A DNA stretch of 62,894 nt, counting the filler, from an uncultured Methanosarcinales archaeon (lineage in GTDB: Archaea; Nanobdellota; Nanobdellia; Woesearchaeales; JAGLXL01), in NCBI GenBank assembly GCA_964472345.1. It is 21 parts of 21 records of this genome, joined end to end, with 100 filler letters (N's around TTAATTAATTAA, not from the genome) between each part and the next. Parts side by side here need not be neighbours in the genome. Positions count along the whole stretch, not along the records: positions 58,506 to 60,686 come from CAYYLB010000111.1; positions 60,787 to 62,894 come from CAYYLB010000112.1; 19 more parts are not named here. One strand, written 5' to 3'. The position numbers were made by a program, and so were the translations under genes. Positions 58,506-62,894 of this stretch are shown in pieces (within the stretch, counting starts at the first letter, position 1; each line of letters starts with the position of its first letter). Under the pieces are notes generated by a model. The model was given only the letters and a program-made list of their open reading frames with translations, searched no databases and was not told where the DNA came from.

Positions 58506-60686
58506 GCGTGATGGGCGCGTTCCTCACGGTCGGCGCGCTCATCTCTGCGCTGTCCATCATACCTGCGTTCTTCATCGGCCGCAAGGTCGGCGGCAACGTC
58601 GGCGGTTTTTTTGCGGCATGGTTCACTGCGGTCAACATCTTCTTCGTCAGCAGGACGGCAGGCGAAAGCTCGGATACGGACGCGTACACTGTTTTTCTTC
58701 CTCTCCTGATCGCGTGGGTTTTCCTTGAAGCGCTCTCCTCGAGCGACTGGAAGAAGCAGCTTGGCCTGATGGCGCTGAGCGGCTTTCTTGTAGGCCTGTT
58801 CGCGTTCGCGTGGTCGGGCTGGATGTTCATCTTCTATATCCTTCTTGCGACGCAGGGCGCCCTGCTCGTGTATCATACCCTCTTTTCACTATGGAAGAAG
58901 CAGCCGGTGAAGATGCAGCTTCTCCGCGGAGGCGCGCTCGCCGGCACTTTTGCGCTGCTCTCCACCATCTCGACAACACTGTTCACCAGCTTCCATGAGG
59001 TCGGCAAGCTCTGGCGCGGGCTCATCGGCTTCGTCGAGATCAAGTCCGTCGCGACGACAAAAATATGGCCGAATGTGCTGACGACGGTTGCTGAGCTGAA
59101 TCCTGCATCTCTGTCATCAGTCATCTCACAGTTAGGGGGCTATTTTCTCTTGACGCTGGCAATCATTGGTATTCTCTTTACCTTGAAGCGGAAGGATATG
59201 GACTGGCTGGAGTTCCTATCTTTTACCTCTCTCGGGGGGGGCATCGGGATGGTATTGCTGGGCCATGGATTGCTGATCCAGAACCCCCCGAAACTTGGCG
59301 CTCGCACCTATATTATATTTGGCATCATTTTTATTCTTGCCGCAGCAGTCGGATTTTATTCTCTCTTCAAAAACTATGGATTCCGTGCATGGGATCCGCT
59401 CTATTCCCTTCTGTTCGGTCTGTGGCTCGTCACCACGCTCTGGGCGACTTCCAGGGGCGTGCGGTTCACGCTTCTTGCGGTGCCGGCGATCGCCGTCGGC
59501 CTGGGGCTGTTCTGCGGGCTGGCCTATCAGTATCTCGTCAAGTGGATCCATCAAGGCATGCACGTGAACCGTGTCCTCGTCCAGGCTGTTGTGGTCGCGC
59601 TCCTGCTCATGCTCATCGTGAAGCCCACGCGCGACAGCCACAGCCAGGCCACCCATGTGACCCCCGCGGTCAGCGACGGCTGGTGGGATGCGCTTACCAA
59701 AATCAAGGACACCAGCAAGCCGGATGCAATCATCACCTCCTGGTGGGATTTCGGGCACTGGTTCAAGGCGATCGCGGACCGGCCGGTGACATTTGACGGG
59801 GGGAACCAGAATACGCCGCAGGCGCACTGGGTCGGGAAGCTGCTGCTGACGCCCGATGAGAATGTTTCCTTCGGCATCCTTCGCATGCTGGACTGCGGCG
59901 GCAACCGCGCATTTGAGGAGGTTGACAAGAACATCCACTCAATTCCCCGCTCGGTCGATCTCCTCAACGAGCTCATCATCCTCAGCCGGGACAAGGCTGC
60001 GCAATTGCTCGCGCGCAAGGGGTTTACGGCTGCCGAAACTGAAAGCGTCCTGCGGAACACCCACTGCCAGCCGCCGGAGGCGTTCCTCATCGCTTCCGAT
60101 GACATGATCGGCAAGTCGGGGGTCTGGGGCCACTTCGGCGCGTGGGACTTCTGGCGCGCTGCCATGGCGTTCCGGGCGCGGCGGCTTCCTGCGGGAGAGG
60201 CGGAGCGCGTCCTCTTCTCCGAATTCAACCTGAGCCCTGAGCGCGCACGCAGCATCTACCAGGATATGCTGCAGGACGATCCCAACAAGTGGATCGCACC
60301 ATGGCCGTCCTATCAAGGCGGGTTCAATCCCTGCGATGCGAACAATGAAACAATCCTCTGCCGCATCCGCACCGGACAGGAAAATTCCTTTATCCCCGTG
60401 CTGATTAACCGGAGCACCATGAATGCCACCATCCCTTCGCAGCCTTCGCAGAACGGCGGATACGTCCCCAACAGCATCACCTTCGCAACGCCGCAGGGGG
60501 TTGAGAACATCGCCTTCGATGGCAAAAAGATAGGGTTTTCCCTGATCCTCGTCCCCCAGGGGAATGACCAGTTCGCAGCAATCATCGCGGATCCGCTGCA
60601 GGCGAACAGCATATTCACGAAGATGTACTTCTATGAAGGCCACGGCCTGCGCTGCTTCGATCCGTTTGACGGCCGCCAGCATGCCA
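58506..60686 (+). CDS. aglB: Oligosaccharyltransferase AglB (STT3), partial
   Basis: SRTAGESSDTD, TTVAEL, SWWDFGHW, DMIGK. Confidence 0.95.
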
Positions 60687-60786
60687 NNNNNNNNNNNNNN
60701 NNNNNNNNNNNNNNNNNNNNNNNNNNNNNNTTAATTAATTAANNNNNNNNNNNNNNNNNNNNNNNNNNNNNNNNNNNNNNNNNNNN

Positions 60787-61770
60787 ATAAAGGACGACGG
60801 CTTTCCCTTCCACCGCATCGGCGCCACCTACGAGAATGACCCAAAAGAGGCGATGGCATTCTTCCTCGGAAAGTGCGTGCAGCTCCTCGCCGATCTGCTC
60901 CGGCGGCACCGGCCCGACATGCTCCTTGTTCTCGGGGACCGGGCAGAGATGCTCGCAGGCGCGATCGCAGGAGCCTATATGGGCATTCCCGTCGCCCACC
61001 TGCACGGCGGCGAGCGCACCTCGACCGTCGACGAATTCGCACGCCACGCCATCACGAAGCTCTCGCACATCCACCTCCCCGCAACAAGGAAAAGCGCCGA
61101 GCGCATCGCGCGCATGGGTGAGGAGCGCTGGCGGATACACATTGTCGGCGCGCCCGGGCTCGACGAGATCCGTGCGATGGCTCCGGGAGACAGGCGGGAG
61201 CTCTGCGCAAGGCTCGGTTTCGACCCCGGGAAACCCATGGCGGTCGTCGCGCAGCACCCCGTGTCCATCGAAGAGCAGCACGCTGCCAGGCAGATGCGCG
61301 CGACGCTCGAAGCAGTCAGGCAGCTCGGACTGCAGGCCATCATCATTTACCCGAACGCTGACGCCGGAGGGCGCCGCATGATTCAGGCCATTGAGCGCTG
61401 CCGCAGCATACCTGCATTCAGGATATTCAGGAACATTTCCCACTCCCGGTTTCTCGCGCTGCTGCGGTGCGCAAGCGTCCTGATAGGAAACTCGAGCAGC
61501 GGCATCATCGAAGCGCCGTCATTGAGGCTGCCGGCAGTCGACATCGGGACACGGCAGGAAGGGCGCGAGCGCGCGGCAAACGTCATCGGCGCAGCTTACA
61601 GGACAGAGGATATCTCCCGGGCGGCCAGGCGGGCGCTGTCGAAGGCATTCCGCAAGCGGCTCACGGGAAAAAACCCGTACGGCGACGGGAGGACCGGAGC
61701 GCGTGTCGCGCAGCTCCTTGCCACGCTCCCGATTAATGAGAGGCTTCTCCAGAAGAGGATGAGCTACTGA
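60787..61770 (+). CDS. neuC: UDP-GlcNAc 2-epimerase, hydrolysing (NeuC/LegG-like), 5' partial
   Basis: LGDRAEML, HLHGGE, RHAITKLSHIH, GNSSSGIIEAP, GTRQEGR. Confidence 0.92.
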   Translation: MKDDGFPFHRIGATYENDPKEAMAFFLGKCVQLLADLLRRHRPDMLLVLGDRAEMLAGAIAGAYMGIPVAHLHGGERTSTVDEFARHAITKLSHIHLPATRKSAERIARMGEERWRIHIVGAPGLDEIRAMAPGDRRELCARLGFDPGKPMAVVAQHPVSIEEQHAARQMRATLEAVRQLGLQAIIIYPNADAGGRRMIQAIERCRSIPAFRIFRNISHSRFLALLRCASVLIGNSSSGIIEAPSLRLPAVDIGTRQEGRERAANVIGAAYRTEDISRAARRALSKAFRKRLTGKNPYGDGRTGARVAQLLATLPINERLLQKRMSY

Positions 61771-61771
61771 T

Positions 61772-62719
61772 ATGAACATAGTCTTTATGGGTCACGGAAA
61801 GTGGGCATGTGAAACGCTGCGCACCCTCGTCGCGGGCGGCATGCAGGTGGCGGCGGTCGCCTGCGAGCGTGACGAATTTGACCAGAAAGAGGACGAGCAC
61901 TACCGGCGGCTGGCGGGATTCGGCTTCTATGAGTCGTTAAAAGAGGCTGCACGGCAATTGCAGCTTCCTGTCGAGCAGCCGGAGGACGTCAACAGCGACG
62001 AATTCATCAAGAAGCTCGACAGGATCAAGCCGGATCTCATCGTCATCGTTTCCTATCATCCCATCATCAGGAAGGCAATTCTTTCGGGATACAAAGTGAT
62101 AAACGCGCACGGAGCGCCGCTCCCTTCCTATCGCGGGCGCGCGCCCATCAACTGGGCGATCATCAATGGTGAGAAAGAGACAGGAGTGACCGTGCACGAG
62201 GTGAACGAGGACATTGACACAGGAGATATCATCCTCCAGGAGCGCATCCCCATCAGCGAAGACGACGCAGCGATTGACGTGCTGAAGCGCAGCCTCGAGT
62301 GCTACCCACGGCTTGTCAGCAGGGCGATAGGGCTCATCGAATCGGGCAAGGCCGAAAAGGTGCCGCAGGATCCCTTCGCCGGAAGCTACTTCCCAAAAAG
62401 AAAGCCTGAGGATGGGAATGTCGACTGGAGCTGGACAGCGCAGGACATCTACAATTTCATGCGGGCGCTGACACACCCCTACCCCGGAGCATTCACGTCC
62501 AGCGGCGGAAAAAAAGTGTACCTCTGGAAGGCAGAGAATCCGAAGAACAATAAGAAAAGGGTCTCCCCCGTCGCAGGCCTCGTGTTTGGCAAGACCGCAG
62601 GCGGGGGCATTAACGTGACCACAAGAGACTCGTCCATAACAGTCACAAAGGTGCAGATCGAACATGAAAAAGAAAAAAACGCTGCGGAAATCATCAAGGT
62701 CGGCACAAGGTTCGGCTAA
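61772..62719 (+). CDS. Formyltransferase (Fmt/ArnA-like; probably sugar N-formyltransferase)
   Basis: INAHGAPLPSYRGRAPINWAI, IDTGDII, RALTHPYPGAF. Confidence 0.88.
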   Translation: MNIVFMGHGKWACETLRTLVAGGMQVAAVACERDEFDQKEDEHYRRLAGFGFYESLKEAARQLQLPVEQPEDVNSDEFIKKLDRIKPDLIVIVSYHPIIRKAILSGYKVINAHGAPLPSYRGRAPINWAIINGEKETGVTVHEVNEDIDTGDIILQERIPISEDDAAIDVLKRSLECYPRLVSRAIGLIESGKAEKVPQDPFAGSYFPKRKPEDGNVDWSWTAQDIYNFMRALTHPYPGAFTSSGGKKVYLWKAENPKNNKKRVSPVAGLVFGKTAGGGINVTTRDSSITVTKVQIEHEKEKNAAEIIKVGTRFG

Positions 62720-62894
62720 GCGTAAGCAGCAGCTCAGGGAAAGGCTCATGCGGCAGCTCAGGCTTCTCAGCGGAGACAGGAAGAAGATAAAAGACGCGAA
62801 GATAAAGAGCATCCTCAGCGGAATCCGGCAGATAAAGAATGCGGGGGTCATCAGCTGCTATGTGTCGAAGCCGTATGAAGTTGGGACGCGGGCG
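62664..62894 (+). CDS. 5-formyltetrahydrofolate cyclo-ligase, 5' part
   Basis: KQQLRERL...AGVISCYVSKPYEVGT pattern; runs off window. Confidence 0.65.
   Translation, partial: MKKKKTLRKSSRSAQGSAKRKQQLRERLMRQLRLLSGDRKKIKDAKIKSILSGIRQIKNAGVISCYVSKPYEVGTRA

Overview
This window is not one continuous locus. It is about 21 short contigs (roughly 2.2-3.9 kb, in roughly descending size) from a metagenome-assembled archaeal genome, joined by artificial N-TTAATTAATTAA-N linkers. Gene content points to a DPANN archaeon, most likely Woesearchaeota-like (inference): PolD DP2, aIF2-beta, aIF1A, L15e, class I LysRS, AglB, archaeal PEPC, translin and BRE/TATA promoters, alongside bacterial-type AspRS, LspA and Fur/ZIP. 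It also holds two intron-containing tRNAs (Pro-GGG with two introns, Thr-GGT with a 12-nt intron), many toxin-antitoxin loci (several toxins inactivated) and surface-glycan genes. The most unusual signals are non-coding: (i) modular palindromic insertions with a direct-inverted-direct copy of the target (X-hairpin-X'-hairpin-X); (ii) 180-250 bp multi-hairpin elements sharing end motifs AGGGC-N5-TGAAA...TTTCA-N5-GCCAC whose N5 covaries between ends; (iii) integrase-free 0.6-0.9 kb gene islets flanked by exact 20- and 42-bp direct repeats. All calls are by eye; no searches were run.
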